From contig JBFMAY010000011.1 in NCBI GenBank assembly GCA_040755455.1, positions 1 to 64,000 of the forward strand: a stretch of DNA of 64,000 bases, in the 5' to 3' direction. Shown here one piece after another: positions 19,410-28,766 of this stretch. The notes beneath the pieces are model-generated. The model was not told the DNA's origin, searched no databases, and saw only the letters and a list, made by a program, of their open reading frames with translations. This DNA comes from Thermodesulfobacteriota bacterium. GTDB taxonomy: Bacteria > Desulfobacterota > Desulfobulbia > Desulfobulbales > SURF-16. Both the position numbers and the translations under genes were made by a program. Position 1 is the first letter of the stretch; each line of letters opens with the position of its first letter.

Positions 19410-19502
19410 ATGCCCGCCATCCTCATATTAAGCTGGATTGCCCTCCTCACTTTTTCATACCTGGGGGCAATTATCATGCTGAAACTCACTGATAATTTAT
19501 AA
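19410..19502 (+). CDS. 30-aa single-TM small protein (MPAILILSWIALLTFSYLGAIIMLKLTDNL), possible cytochrome bd small subunit; not in the ORF track
   Basis: strong AAAGGAG RBS, hydrophobic helix, downstream of cydB. Confidence 0.6.
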   Translation: MPAILILSWIALLTFSYLGAIIMLKLTDNL

Positions 19503-19598
19503 AACAACCTTCACCTACGGCGCGGGGAAATGCCGCAGACAACGCATTTCTCCGCCCCACAGCCTGGTGGAACTGTCCAGGCTGCCGGAGAAAAAAAC

Positions 19599-20267
19599 AT
19601 GGCTGTCCTGATTAACTTTACTGAAAAAGATATGGTCGAGCAGATGGCCATCCTCGATGATATTCAAGCAGCAGGGCAACACGAGGCGATTCCGGAGCTG
19701 TTTGATTTGCTGGCCGCCAAAAAATGCGAGCAGGCCACCCATGAGATGATCTACCATACTCTTTTCAGCCTGATGAAAAATGACGCGGCAAGCATCAGGG
19801 CCGGCATCCTCCACCCCTCCTACCGCGTCAAACTGCTGAGCATCAGGCGCTGCAGGAAATCAGGCGCTGTTGCCGCGGTGCCGGAACTGATTCAGGTATT
19901 GCGCGCCAGCAATGATATGGTGGTTACCGGGGAGATCATCATGACCCTGGGCTCCTTCAAGGACCCGGCCCTGATCGATATCCTGTGCCCGTATCTCTTT
20001 CATCCGGACCCCACCGTTCTCTCCTGGACCATGGCCGCCTTATCCGGCATAGAAAACGAAGAAATCAGGGGAATCCTGCAGGACTTGATCAGCAGTGATG
20101 AAAACCTCGATTTCCCGGACCGGAAGTGCAACCTGTCGACCATGCTGGCCGTGGAGAATCTGGGAAAACTCAACGACGATGCCAGCAGAAGCTTTCTCCT
20201 CTCGCACCGCGACCACCCTCATCCCCTTTTGCGCAAGGCCGTTGCCAAGGCCCTGCACCTCTCATAA
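19599..20267 (+). CDS. HEAT-repeat protein
   Basis: GGAG RBS; HEAT-like repeats (AVPELIQVL, HPDPTV, HPLLRKAVAKAL). Confidence 0.75.
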   Translation: MAVLINFTEKDMVEQMAILDDIQAAGQHEAIPELFDLLAAKKCEQATHEMIYHTLFSLMKNDAASIRAGILHPSYRVKLLSIRRCRKSGAVAAVPELIQVLRASNDMVVTGEIIMTLGSFKDPALIDILCPYLFHPDPTVLSWTMAALSGIENEEIRGILQDLISSDENLDFPDRKCNLSTMLAVENLGKLNDDASRSFLLSHRDHPHPLLRKAVAKALHLS

Positions 20268-21587
20268 TCTGGCCCGCACCTCGTCGGCTTTCTGCCTCTC
20301 GCCCATATCCTCATAGAGAGCCAGCAGCTCTTCCAGAACCCGCGGGTCGTCGCCATTTTTTTCCAAAAGCTGCCGGCAGCATTTCTCCGCCTCAGCAAAG
20401 TCCTTTTTGTGCCGGTACGCCTTGGCCATGCCGAGCAGGGCAAACTGGTCAAAGCCGATCTTCATGCTCAGCTCATAATGGACCAGAGCGTCATCCAGCC
20501 TGCCCAGAATGACCAGCGCATCCCCAACCCGCGAATGGAGATTCTGGTTGTGGGGTTCCTTTTCCAGAATCTTCAGCCAGTAACCGATGGAATTGTCATA
20601 GTTCTGCAACCCCCGCTGCGAGTCGCCCATGCCGTACAGGGCAAAAATATTCCACGGCTCCTGCTTCAGGGCCTTTTCATAAAAGTAGGCCGCCTTTTCA
20701 TACTGCTTGCGGCGGCGATAGATATTGCCGGCCATGGTGAGCACGGCTATGTAGGTATCATCAAGCTCGATGAATTTCTCAAAATAGGCCAGGGCTTTAT
20801 CGTGATCCGCCAGCTTATAATAGAGATTGCCGATGCCGCGCAGGGCGTATTTATCGGTGCCGTCCAGGGACAGGGCTTTGAGGTAAAGGACCTCGGATTC
20901 GGAAAAATTGCCTATCTTCACGTAGGAATCGGCAAGCCTGGTGAGAACATGGATATCATCATGGTTCTGCTGCAGGTAGCGCTGCCAGAAGGAAATGGCC
21001 TTGCCTGCCTGGCCAAGACCTCGATAGGCATCGCCGACCCCGCGCAGGGCGAACATATTCATCGGATCGATTTCCAGGGTCTTTTCATAAAAACCGATGG
21101 CCTTATGATATTTACCCGTTTCCCGATGCAGGTCACCTAGCCCGACCAGCACGTACGAGTTCTCACCGTCAATGGCCAGGGCTTCCAGAAAGGCGCTTTC
21201 CGCCTCCTTCCAGCACCTTTTCTTCAAGAATTCCGAGCCCTGCCGGGAAAGTTCGATGGCCCTCTTATGGTCAGACTGCATGTTGCCCTTGGCCCACTGC
21301 AGATACTCGGCCATCACATGCTCCGCCTCAATGGTGATCCACTGCGGCAGCTCATAGGGATGCTTTTCCTTGAGCCATATTTCGAGCTTGCCGGCATTCT
21401 TGGCAAGAAACTTGAAGGTGACACGGTACTCTTCGTCACTCTCCAGATTATCCTGCCACAGATAAAACGAGCGGATCGGCCCGTCTATCTGGACACAGGC
21501 AGCCAGACGTTCGCTCACCGCCTCCCTGGCCAGCTTTTCCGCGTCTTCAAAGGAAGAAATTGTTGTCCATCCGATATACATCATCAT
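20262..21587 (-). CDS. CutA domain fused to a TPR array
   Basis: N-terminal ~100 aa CutA (LAACVQI, IRSFYLW, HPYELPQ) in frame with about 9 TPRs. Confidence 0.85.
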   Translation of the reverse strand: MMMYIGWTTISSFEDAEKLAREAVSERLAACVQIDGPIRSFYLWQDNLESDEEYRVTFKFLAKNAGKLEIWLKEKHPYELPQWITIEAEHVMAEYLQWAKGNMQSDHKRAIELSRQGSEFLKKRCWKEAESAFLEALAIDGENSYVLVGLGDLHRETGKYHKAIGFYEKTLEIDPMNMFALRGVGDAYRGLGQAGKAISFWQRYLQQNHDDIHVLTRLADSYVKIGNFSESEVLYLKALSLDGTDKYALRGIGNLYYKLADHDKALAYFEKFIELDDTYIAVLTMAGNIYRRRKQYEKAAYFYEKALKQEPWNIFALYGMGDSQRGLQNYDNSIGYWLKILEKEPHNQNLHSRVGDALVILGRLDDALVHYELSMKIGFDQFALLGMAKAYRHKKDFAEAEKCCRQLLEKNGDDPRVLEELLALYEDMGERQKADEVRARL

Positions 21588-21595
21588 TTCGTGGC

Positions 21596-23053
21596 CTACT
21601 CTTTTTTGCGTTTCATCTCAATTGTCTGTTGGGCGAAATCGCGCAACTTTCTCACATACTTCACCTGATCATTATCAAGAATCGGCTTCTCCTTGCTTCT
21701 GTCCAGATAAAGAAGAGCAATCCCCTTTTCCTGCAAACAGACAGGGAAGAGATATACCGTGCGATTCTGCACGAGAAACTGCAGTGCATCAGGCAGGGTA
21801 TCAACTTTATCCGGCGCAAGGGCAATGTCCTTACACATTGTCAAAGATTTCTGCAACAGATTCGGACTGGTCCGGGAAAGCGCCACCCGGAATTTTTTCA
21901 GCTGTTCAGGGTCAATATCGCCGCGCCCCAGCTGGCCGACCAGCACTTTACTGTCGCCCTGGGTCTGCAGCATGGCAAAAACAGCCCGGTCCAGACCTAC
22001 GCCCAAATAAAGGGCATCGAGCAAAAGGGGAAAAAAATCATTGAGACGAAAAGTCCCCTTTACCATCTCATTGATTTCTTTCCAGAAATCATCAATGCTT
22101 TTACCAAGCATGGCGGATGACTCCGCCACACTGCTGGCCTGAATTTCCTCGAGCCTTTTCCGGAAATCAAATTTGAGGATCCCGGGCCGGATCGAATCAA
22201 AAATTGCCTCCGAGGCCTGGGTTGCGACAACCAGCAGATCAACGGCCTCTTCTTCATCCAGGGAAAGAGGAAAGCCGTATTTTGCCATCAGTGGCTCGAT
22301 ATGCTGCTGAAACCACAGACAGTCCACATATCGATTACTGAAATCGACAATAGCGTGCAGATATTTTTCAACATCACCACCCTCTTCCGGCACTTCCGGG
22401 TCCGGTTCCATACATCTTATCACACTTTCCGTCATATTCCAGAAAATAGCAACCTCCCGGCCGACCCCGGCATAGGTCAGCCCATCGAGGACAGACATTG
22501 CCGCCTCATCTTCCGAAACCCCTTGTCCCACCTTTTCTTTGATGGAACCGTATATGACGGGCAGATAGATGCAGGCAATGATTTTACCGAGATTACGCAT
22601 GAGACCGCAGATAAAAGCCTCTTCCGGTAGCACCTTCAGATAACGGGACTCAGCTATGCTGCGGGCAAGCAAGGCGGCCAGAAATGACCGGCCAAGCAGT
22701 TCGCTGATCTCCTCGGTATTGACCCCGGCCTGAATGAAATCATCAAAAAGAGCGATACCGATGGCAAGGTCCCGCACTGTATCAAAGCCAAGCACCGCCA
22801 CCGCCATGGAAACGGTGGAAACCTTCTGGCCAAGGGCATAATAGGCCGAGTTGGCAAACTGCAGAACCTTATGGGTGAGGGAAAAATCCTTGAGGATGAT
22901 CTTGGCCAGATCTTCATAATTCGCGGTGGTCTTGCTGCTGGTAAGGGCGAGCAGCTCCTGCACATGGACAGACATGGCGGGAAGTTCGCTCATGTTTATT
23001 TTGGCGAAGACATCGGCCAGTTTTCCTTTTGAATGCAGGCTGCTGTCGGTCAT
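21596..23053 (-). CDS. HDOD domain protein with a C-terminal GAF-like domain
   Basis: ELPAMS, ILKDFSLTHKVLQFANSAYY, VAVLGF, EEAFICGLMRNLGK. Confidence 0.85.
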   Translation of the reverse strand: MTDSSLHSKGKLADVFAKINMSELPAMSVHVQELLALTSSKTTANYEDLAKIILKDFSLTHKVLQFANSAYYALGQKVSTVSMAVAVLGFDTVRDLAIGIALFDDFIQAGVNTEEISELLGRSFLAALLARSIAESRYLKVLPEEAFICGLMRNLGKIIACIYLPVIYGSIKEKVGQGVSEDEAAMSVLDGLTYAGVGREVAIFWNMTESVIRCMEPDPEVPEEGGDVEKYLHAIVDFSNRYVDCLWFQQHIEPLMAKYGFPLSLDEEEAVDLLVVATQASEAIFDSIRPGILKFDFRKRLEEIQASSVAESSAMLGKSIDDFWKEINEMVKGTFRLNDFFPLLLDALYLGVGLDRAVFAMLQTQGDSKVLVGQLGRGDIDPEQLKKFRVALSRTSPNLLQKSLTMCKDIALAPDKVDTLPDALQFLVQNRTVYLFPVCLQEKGIALLYLDRSKEKPILDNDQVKYVRKLRDFAQQTIEMKRKKE

Positions 23054-23237
23054 GAAATAAATATTTCTCTTTGGCAATTTATCAGGAGTTCAAACTTTTT
23101 CATGGCAGACAGGGATATTGCGGGCAAAGAGCTGCTGTCTGCCTCAAGCGTTGCGGCAAACGGACAAACTCCGCCCGCGAGTATGCCATAATGTTGGCAG
23201 GCTATAACATGGCCCCGCGCAGGTGATGTCATTTACC

Positions 23238-23272
23238 AAAAAAAAAGGTTACAGCCGATATTGCTGCAACCC
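23238..23272 (-). terminator. intrinsic terminator (minus strand)
   Basis: GGTTGCAGC-aatatcg-GCTGTAACC followed by T9. Confidence 0.6.
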
Positions 23273-23442
23273 TTGACTTTGCGGAGCCCCGGCATCGGCA
23301 CGCCATCACAACTTTTTGCTTTACCGGAACAATGAATCATGATTTTTCGCAATGCCCCTCAAAGCCCCCCGGAATCGGAGGCTGCCGTTACAGGACGACT
23401 TTTTACTCAAGGGACTTAGAAGTTATAAAAGTACCGTTTATC

Positions 23443-23551
23443 TGTGCCGTCATGCCAGCATGATTCTAGCTGGCAGCCAGCGTAGATCCTCCCGGACTTG
23501 ATCCGGGATCTACCGGAATAACGATGGTTTCGAGACTCGGTTAACGGCACA
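23443..23551. repeat. nested palindromic REP-like element
   Basis: outer IR TGTGCCGT/ACGGCACA; inner hairpins TGCCAGC..GCTGGCA and GTAGATCC..CCCGGActtgaTCCGGG..ATCTAC. Confidence 0.6.
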
Positions 23552-23786
23552 TCAACAATTGCTGAGCACCTAATTTTTTTTTCAAATGGCTTTTCAATTT
23601 CCCAGCTGCTACCTCTGCCTGGAAAATAACTAAAAAAGACCAGATAAGGCAATGGTTTTTTCTCGCACCATGCCGATAATCTTTTGATTAATCTCAATTA
23701 AATGGAGATGGATGATTTCCCCCGGCGATTGACGATATTCTACCTGATTGTATCTGTCAGCAACACAGTTATTTTTGTACTGTTCG

Positions 23787-25193
23787 TCAATCAACCAGGG
23801 ATTTGAGCTGATTGCGCTCCAGTTCAGCATTGAATTTGACATGGACCGAGTAGTCACTGAGCACCAGATCACAGACCTGGACGCCGATGACCAAACCCCG
23901 CAGAACGGCATCTGGAAGATTCGTCACCGGAATTATGACTTTAATATGGCGCCCGAGAAGCAGACGGATGTTCTCTTTGTTGGTGATCCGGACGTTAAAT
24001 GAAAGCCCCCCCAGGGAGATGTCCGTCATGTCGCCTCTAAAGGTGCTCAAGACCTTTTCCTTGTCATCAACAATCTGCAGTTGGATTTTGCACTCCTTCC
24101 TGTAGCGTTCATGGACCCTGCGGTCCATGCCTTTTTTTTTCATTTCGGCATAGATATCACTGGAACGGCTGTAATAATCGATAAGCTTGGATTCAATGCC
24201 GGGTAGTTTTTGTTCAAGTCGTGCCAGGCTTTCAAGTTTCAGGACGGAAATGCTGGTCTGCTGCTGGGCGGTGAGTGACACTGTCCAGACCGAGGGGTTG
24301 AAAAAATTCTCGCCGACTATCTCACCCTTGCCCATGTTCTTGAAAAATAATTCTTTTTCGCCGCCCGAGTACGTGACTCTGACACTGCCATGGTTGATAA
24401 AAAAGAGCTCGTCGTTTTTCGCGCCCTGGGCGGCAATGATTTCTTCAGGTTTGTACGTCCGCTCTCCCATCTCGTGATAGAGGGCGTTGAATTCTTCGGA
24501 GGAAAGCACCTGACGGAGATTTGCCCAGATTTCAACATGGTCCTTGCTGATGGCCCCCTTTTTTTCCTGCTCAATGATATCTCCCGTTTGGATGATCTCC
24601 ATCAATGCCATGGGATCAATTTCATACATTCTCTCCCTCAGCCGTTCCGCGTTATGAAAGTCCTTTTTTTGGGCACACGCGACCACCAGTTCAAAAAGCT
24701 GTGTTTTGGCGGCTTCGGTGTTGCCTTGCCCGGCCAGTTGAAAAATCTGCTCTTCCCTGAGGGTGAGTGAATCATTCTTCTGTGCGTCGCCGGAGGACTC
24801 AGCCGGTGGAATGACTGACTGCCGTGATTTTGCCAGGCGCAAAACCTTATCAGCCTCCGCTCTGACTTGTTCGCTGAATTCCTGACTTCCACTCAGGGCC
24901 TGCAGGGCGGGGACAATTCGGTCAAGACGGCCCCATTGTTCGGCCAAGCTTAGTTTTTCCGCAGTTGCGACCAGACAGGATGATGATGCGCCGCTTATGT
25001 TCTTGTCGACGCTGCGGGTGGCAAGGGCTATCTGTTCAAGGAGCTTGTCGGCTATCTGCTCTTTTTGATTGCTAATGAGGCGGCTGACGGTTTGCGCCAC
25101 GGCGGCGGTAAGGGCAGGATTAAGCAGGACTTGGTGATCACCTTTCAGGAGGCGGTTCAGGGCTTCCTGCAGGCTGGATTGTTGTTGGGTCAA
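23787..25193 (-). CDS. cyclic nucleotide-binding domain plus PilZ domain protein
   Basis: CAP-ED-like region (EIIAAQG, LFFINHGSV, GEIVGE); PilZ motifs DRRVHER and DISLGG; GAGGA RBS with TTG start. Confidence 0.85.
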   Translation of the reverse strand: MTQQQSSLQEALNRLLKGDHQVLLNPALTAAVAQTVSRLISNQKEQIADKLLEQIALATRSVDKNISGASSSCLVATAEKLSLAEQWGRLDRIVPALQALSGSQEFSEQVRAEADKVLRLAKSRQSVIPPAESSGDAQKNDSLTLREEQIFQLAGQGNTEAAKTQLFELVVACAQKKDFHNAERLRERMYEIDPMALMEIIQTGDIIEQEKKGAISKDHVEIWANLRQVLSSEEFNALYHEMGERTYKPEEIIAAQGAKNDELFFINHGSVRVTYSGGEKELFFKNMGKGEIVGENFFNPSVWTVSLTAQQQTSISVLKLESLARLEQKLPGIESKLIDYYSRSSDIYAEMKKKGMDRRVHERYRKECKIQLQIVDDKEKVLSTFRGDMTDISLGGLSFNVRITNKENIRLLLGRHIKVIIPVTNLPDAVLRGLVIGVQVCDLVLSDYSVHVKFNAELERNQLKSLVD

Positions 25194-25337
25194 GTGGTAC
25201 TCCTCAAAAAGGACAGGGCGCCATATTCAGTGATCATCACGCTCGTATCGCGAGCTGTCCGGTGCGGCGGCTGACAACTCGACATCCAGACATCAGATGC
25301 CTGATCCGGGCGGTCCAGAATTCCCTGTTTTCCCGGA

Positions 25338-25937
25338 TTATATAACGGCCACTGCTATTTTGGTAATATTAAGTGAACGGCATGCCAACTTTCCGGCATT
25401 CTTTGCTGAAGTGGTCGTGGCATCGTGGGGGGGAGGGGCCTTTGGTATACAATATGATTGGGAGCAGGTATTTATTTCAATCCTCCTGAGCATTGCCAGT
25501 AGTTCAGGAGCCGTGATTTCTGCAATAGGTCGATTGCCGACGATTGGAAAGACATCATTTTCAAGCTGCGTTAATATCTTCTCTCCGGTCTTTTCATCCC
25601 ATTGTGTAGAAAACCTTTGATGCCATTCCAGGGCAACCTCTTCAAAAGTCTCCTTTTTGGTCTCTGTTGTTGATTTTCCAGGGTCAATTCCCTGAGCAAG
25701 TTGCGTCCGCGCTTCATCTCTCTTTTGCCTGGCTGCTAAAAGTGAAATCTCAGGATATGCGCCAAATGACAGTTTCTTTTCTTTGCCATCAAAGCGATAT
25801 TTCAGCCGCCATAGTTTCCCCCCGGCCGAGGTGACAAGCAGGAATAAACCTCCTCCGTCAAAGAGCTTGATTTCCTTCTGCTGAGGCTTGGAATTTCGTA
25901 TCTGAGTATCAGTTAGGGGCACTGTCCGCTTAGGCAT
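25338..25937 (-). pseudogene. truncated P4-family tyrosine integrase (arm-binding domain and part of the core; catalytic domain missing)
   Basis: PLTDTQIRNSKP, LFDGGGLFLLV, KLWRLKYRFDGKEKKLSFGAYPEISL; similarity ends after LLAMLRRIE and the R-H-R-Y residues are absent. Confidence 0.88.
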
Positions 25938-26003
25938 TGGGGGCTTCTCCGTTTTGGGGGCCTCCACTTTTCAGGACTTAAAAAGCCCCCACAAAGGCCC
26001 CTA
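25937..26003. mobile_element. probable integrase arm-type binding sites of an att junction
   Basis: TTGGGGGC twice (25937, 25954) and inverted GCCCCCA/GCCCCTA (25985, 25997) between the tRNA 3' end and the integrase. Confidence 0.5.
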
Positions 26004-26058
26004 AACTTGCTGGCTTATAGCATATCAAAACGGATTTTAACGGACAAGAGAAAAAGAA

Positions 26059-26082
26059 AAAGCCTTGATTTCTCAAGGCTTT
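26059..26082 (-). terminator. hairpin terminator after tRNA-Leu
   Basis: AAAGCCTTGA/TCAAGGCTTT inverted repeat followed by a T-rich run on the minus strand. Confidence 0.6.
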
Positions 26083-26115
26083 CGATACTTCTCCGAATTT
26101 TGTCGGAATATAGGA

Positions 26116-26202
26116 TGGTGCCGGAGGTCGGGATCGAACCGACATGACCTTGCGGTCGCGGGATTTTGAGTCCCGTGCGTCTACCAGTTTCACCACTCCG
26201 GC
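26116..26202 (-). tRNA. tRNA-Leu(CAA)
   Basis: GCCGGAGTGGTGAAACTGGTAGAC...CT-CAA-AA...GGTTCGATCCC...CACCA. Confidence 0.97.
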
Positions 26203-26435
26203 TTTTTTTATTTTTGCGGGCGCTGCAGTCTGAACCTGCAACTCTTATTGATGAGCAAGATGCGACTCGGTAATGCCTTTAGATATACTACTTCCTGTTA
26301 ATTTTCAAGTATTTTTGCCAGGGGAACAGGTACGAAAAACCGTGGACGGAAAAATCCCTCTCTCACCGCCCCAGACGGTGAACAAATAAAGAAAAACATG
26401 GCAGGCAGCAAACTTCTGCCGGTAATGCGGCTACA

Positions 26436-26927
26436 TCATCTTTGGCAGATGCCCCGGAAAATTTGGCGCAGCACCGGATCACTCAATTTAGTGGACAGCT
26501 GCTCCTCATACTCATCAACTGTCTCCGCCTCAGGAGCAGCAGACAACTGGTCGGACGGCGCCTCCCGGTTCTCCGCGACAAAGATGAAACTCTCTGGCTC
26601 CACCTGCAGCTTGCTGCCCCGCTTCTTGTTGAGCCAGCGGTCGCACTCGTCATGGCTGCCCACGTAGAGGAGGAACAGCTCGCTGTCCCGTTTCAGACTG
26701 ATCAGCCGGTAGCCGCTGCCCAGGTCGTATTTCAGACATTTTCTGACCCGCAGCTCCCCGCGTTTGGTGCGTTTGTTCTTCATCGCCAGGCACTGCCAGC
26801 CATGCTCGGACAGATGTCTGATAATCTCGCCGGCCCGTTCCGCCGCCAGCGCCCCTTTCTTGTCTGTCTTGCTTAACGCCCGCAGCTGTTTCTCAAAAAG
26901 AGGTGTTCTGTAAAGTGTCAATTCCAT
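26436..26927 (-). CDS. hypothetical protein with a RelE/ParE-like N-terminal domain and an acidic tail
   Basis: GAGGAG RBS before MELTLYRT; TPLFEKQL...KYDLGSGYRLI...LLYVGSHDECDRW pattern. Confidence 0.65.
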   Translation of the reverse strand: MELTLYRTPLFEKQLRALSKTDKKGALAAERAGEIIRHLSEHGWQCLAMKNKRTKRGELRVRKCLKYDLGSGYRLISLKRDSELFLLYVGSHDECDRWLNKKRGSKLQVEPESFIFVAENREAPSDQLSAAPEAETVDEYEEQLSTKLSDPVLRQIFRGICQR

Positions 26928-26983
26928 GGCTCCTCGCTTCCCGCAGGGCGGTTCACGAACCGCCCCCGGGTATAGGGCAACCA

Positions 26984-27517
26984 TTATTCTCCGCTTGCCG
27001 TCGGATATCCGGCCCCTTTCCAGGCAAAAATGCCGCCGGGATGCCGCAGCACATTTTTGTAGCCGAGTTTTTTGGCCCACACGGTGCCGTTGTGGCTGCG
27101 GGTGCACTTGACAAAGCCGCAGTAGATAATGATTGTTTTGTCCTTATCCGGGCCGAGCAGCGCCGCATAATCCTCCATGGTTTTGCCAGCTGTCTCCTTG
27201 GTGTCCCATTCCGCCATATCCGGGATGGGGAAGAGAAACTGTTTGGCGCCCGGCACATGTTCCTTTTTATAACTGTCTTCATAGGGCATGGTATCAACAA
27301 TGATCATGTCTTTGCCCGAATCGATCATTTTCTTTAGTTCTTCCGTGGAGATGACATCATAACCGCCGCGCTGTACTTCCCGGACCAGCTTGATTGCCCC
27401 GGTTTCAATCTCCACTTCCTGCTCGAACTTGTTCGCGCCAAAGGCAAAGGCATCCGCTGCAAAGGTCACCAACATTGCCATCAGCGCCAGCGAAAAACAG
27501 ATTTTGCTCTTTCTCAT
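26984..27517 (-). CDS. exported rhodanese-like sulfurtransferase
   Basis: signal peptide, IVDTMP, HVPGA, IYCGFVKCTRS, GGIFAW. Confidence 0.88.
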   Translation of the reverse strand: MRKSKICFSLALMAMLVTFAADAFAFGANKFEQEVEIETGAIKLVREVQRGGYDVISTEELKKMIDSGKDMIIVDTMPYEDSYKKEHVPGAKQFLFPIPDMAEWDTKETAGKTMEDYAALLGPDKDKTIIIYCGFVKCTRSHNGTVWAKKLGYKNVLRHPGGIFAWKGAGYPTASGE

Positions 27518-27534
27518 TGTTACTCCCCATTCTC

Positions 27535-28020
27535 TCAAGTTTTTCTGATAAACAGCCCCTGGCGGGACTGCTCCGTCAACTGCGTGCAACGCCACCAATA
27601 GAGATAGACCGCGCCGGCCATCATGCCAATATCCCTCAGCAGTGAGTTGTGCAGACTGCCATAGGCCTGCGATTCAGGGTCTTCCGGGCCGAAACAGCCG
27701 CAGTCAATGTCCAGCCCGAGGCGGATGCCGTAAGACAGAACTGCGATAAACAGCAGAAGCAGGGCAACGACCGCAGCCAGGGCGCCCCGCATGTCCAGCA
27801 GCAGGCCCAGGGCGGCGAACAGCTCGAAAGCAGGCAGCAGGACCGCCACCGGCCCGACCCAGGCTTCAGGCAGCAGGCCGAAGTCGTCAATGACCGCCCC
27901 AAAACCCTGCAGATTGCCCAGTTTCACGATGCCGGCATAGAGGAAGAGCACGCCCAGCAGACTGCGGATCAACAGATAGGCCCGGGAAGAAATGAACAAT
28001 CGCGGCAGAAGGCTGGTCAT
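27535..28020 (-). CDS. MauE/DoxX family membrane protein
   Basis: LFLYAGIVKL, LDIDCGCFG, LLRD. Confidence 0.88.
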   Translation of the reverse strand: MTSLLPRLFISSRAYLLIRSLLGVLFLYAGIVKLGNLQGFGAVIDDFGLLPEAWVGPVAVLLPAFELFAALGLLLDMRGALAAVVALLLLFIAVLSYGIRLGLDIDCGCFGPEDPESQAYGSLHNSLLRDIGMMAGAVYLYWWRCTQLTEQSRQGLFIRKT

Positions 28021-28766
28021 GCCAGACCTGCCTGGATGGCCGCCCCCAGGGCGCCGACGATATCCGGCAGCTCAGGAGACAGCACGCTGACCCCTTCCAG
28101 CCGGGCCTGCAGCATCTTCACCATGCAGGGGTTGCGGGCCACCCCGCCGGAAAAGACCAGGCAGTCGCCGTAGCCCACCCGGTTCAGCATGCCGATCAGC
28201 CGGTTCACCACGGAGAGATGCACCCCCATGGCAATGTCCCTGGGCGGTATGCCGCGGTTCTTCATGGAGATCACCTCGGACTCGGCAAACACCGTGCACA
28301 TGGAGTTGATGGCCACCTCCTGTCCGGACTCCAGGGCCACCGGGCCGAACTCGTCCAAGGTGTAGCCCAGGGTGGCGGCCATGATCTCCAGAAAGCGGCC
28401 GGTTCCCGCGGCGCACCTGTCATTCATCTGAAAATTGCTGACCCGGCCCTGTTCGTCAAGCGCGATCACCTTGGAATCCTGGCCGCCGATATCGACAATG
28501 GTGCGGCACTCCGGGAAATAATACCTGGCTCCCAGGGCATGGGCCTTGATCTCGGTGATCACCTCATGGGCAAAATGCTTCCGGGCCAGGTGGCGGCCAT
28601 AACCGGTTGCCACCACCCGGACCGGCGCCAAACCGGCCAGCATCTCCAGGGACTGCCGGTGCGGGTCAAAACCGCTCTCCCTGATCTGATGATTGATCAG
28701 CCGGCCATCCTGCAGGGCGGCGATCTTCACGGTACGCGAGCCCAGATCAACGCCGACAAACATCAT
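28017..28766 (-). CDS. ATP-dependent activator/reductase (HgdC/BadF family, DCCP-R-like)
   Basis: GVDLGS, ATGYGR, DIGGQDSK, MNDRCAAGTGRFLE, SMCTVFAESE, GGVA. Confidence 0.92.
   Translation of the reverse strand: MMFVGVDLGSRTVKIAALQDGRLINHQIRESGFDPHRQSLEMLAGLAPVRVVATGYGRHLARKHFAHEVITEIKAHALGARYYFPECRTIVDIGGQDSKVIALDEQGRVSNFQMNDRCAAGTGRFLEIMAATLGYTLDEFGPVALESGQEVAINSMCTVFAESEVISMKNRGIPPRDIAMGVHLSVVNRLIGMLNRVGYGDCLVFSGGVARNPCMVKMLQARLEGVSVLSPELPDIVGALGAAIQAGLA

Noticed and set aside
23416..23697. 93-aa minus-strand ORF
   Set aside because: Runs through the palindromic element; AT-rich, with no RBS or motif
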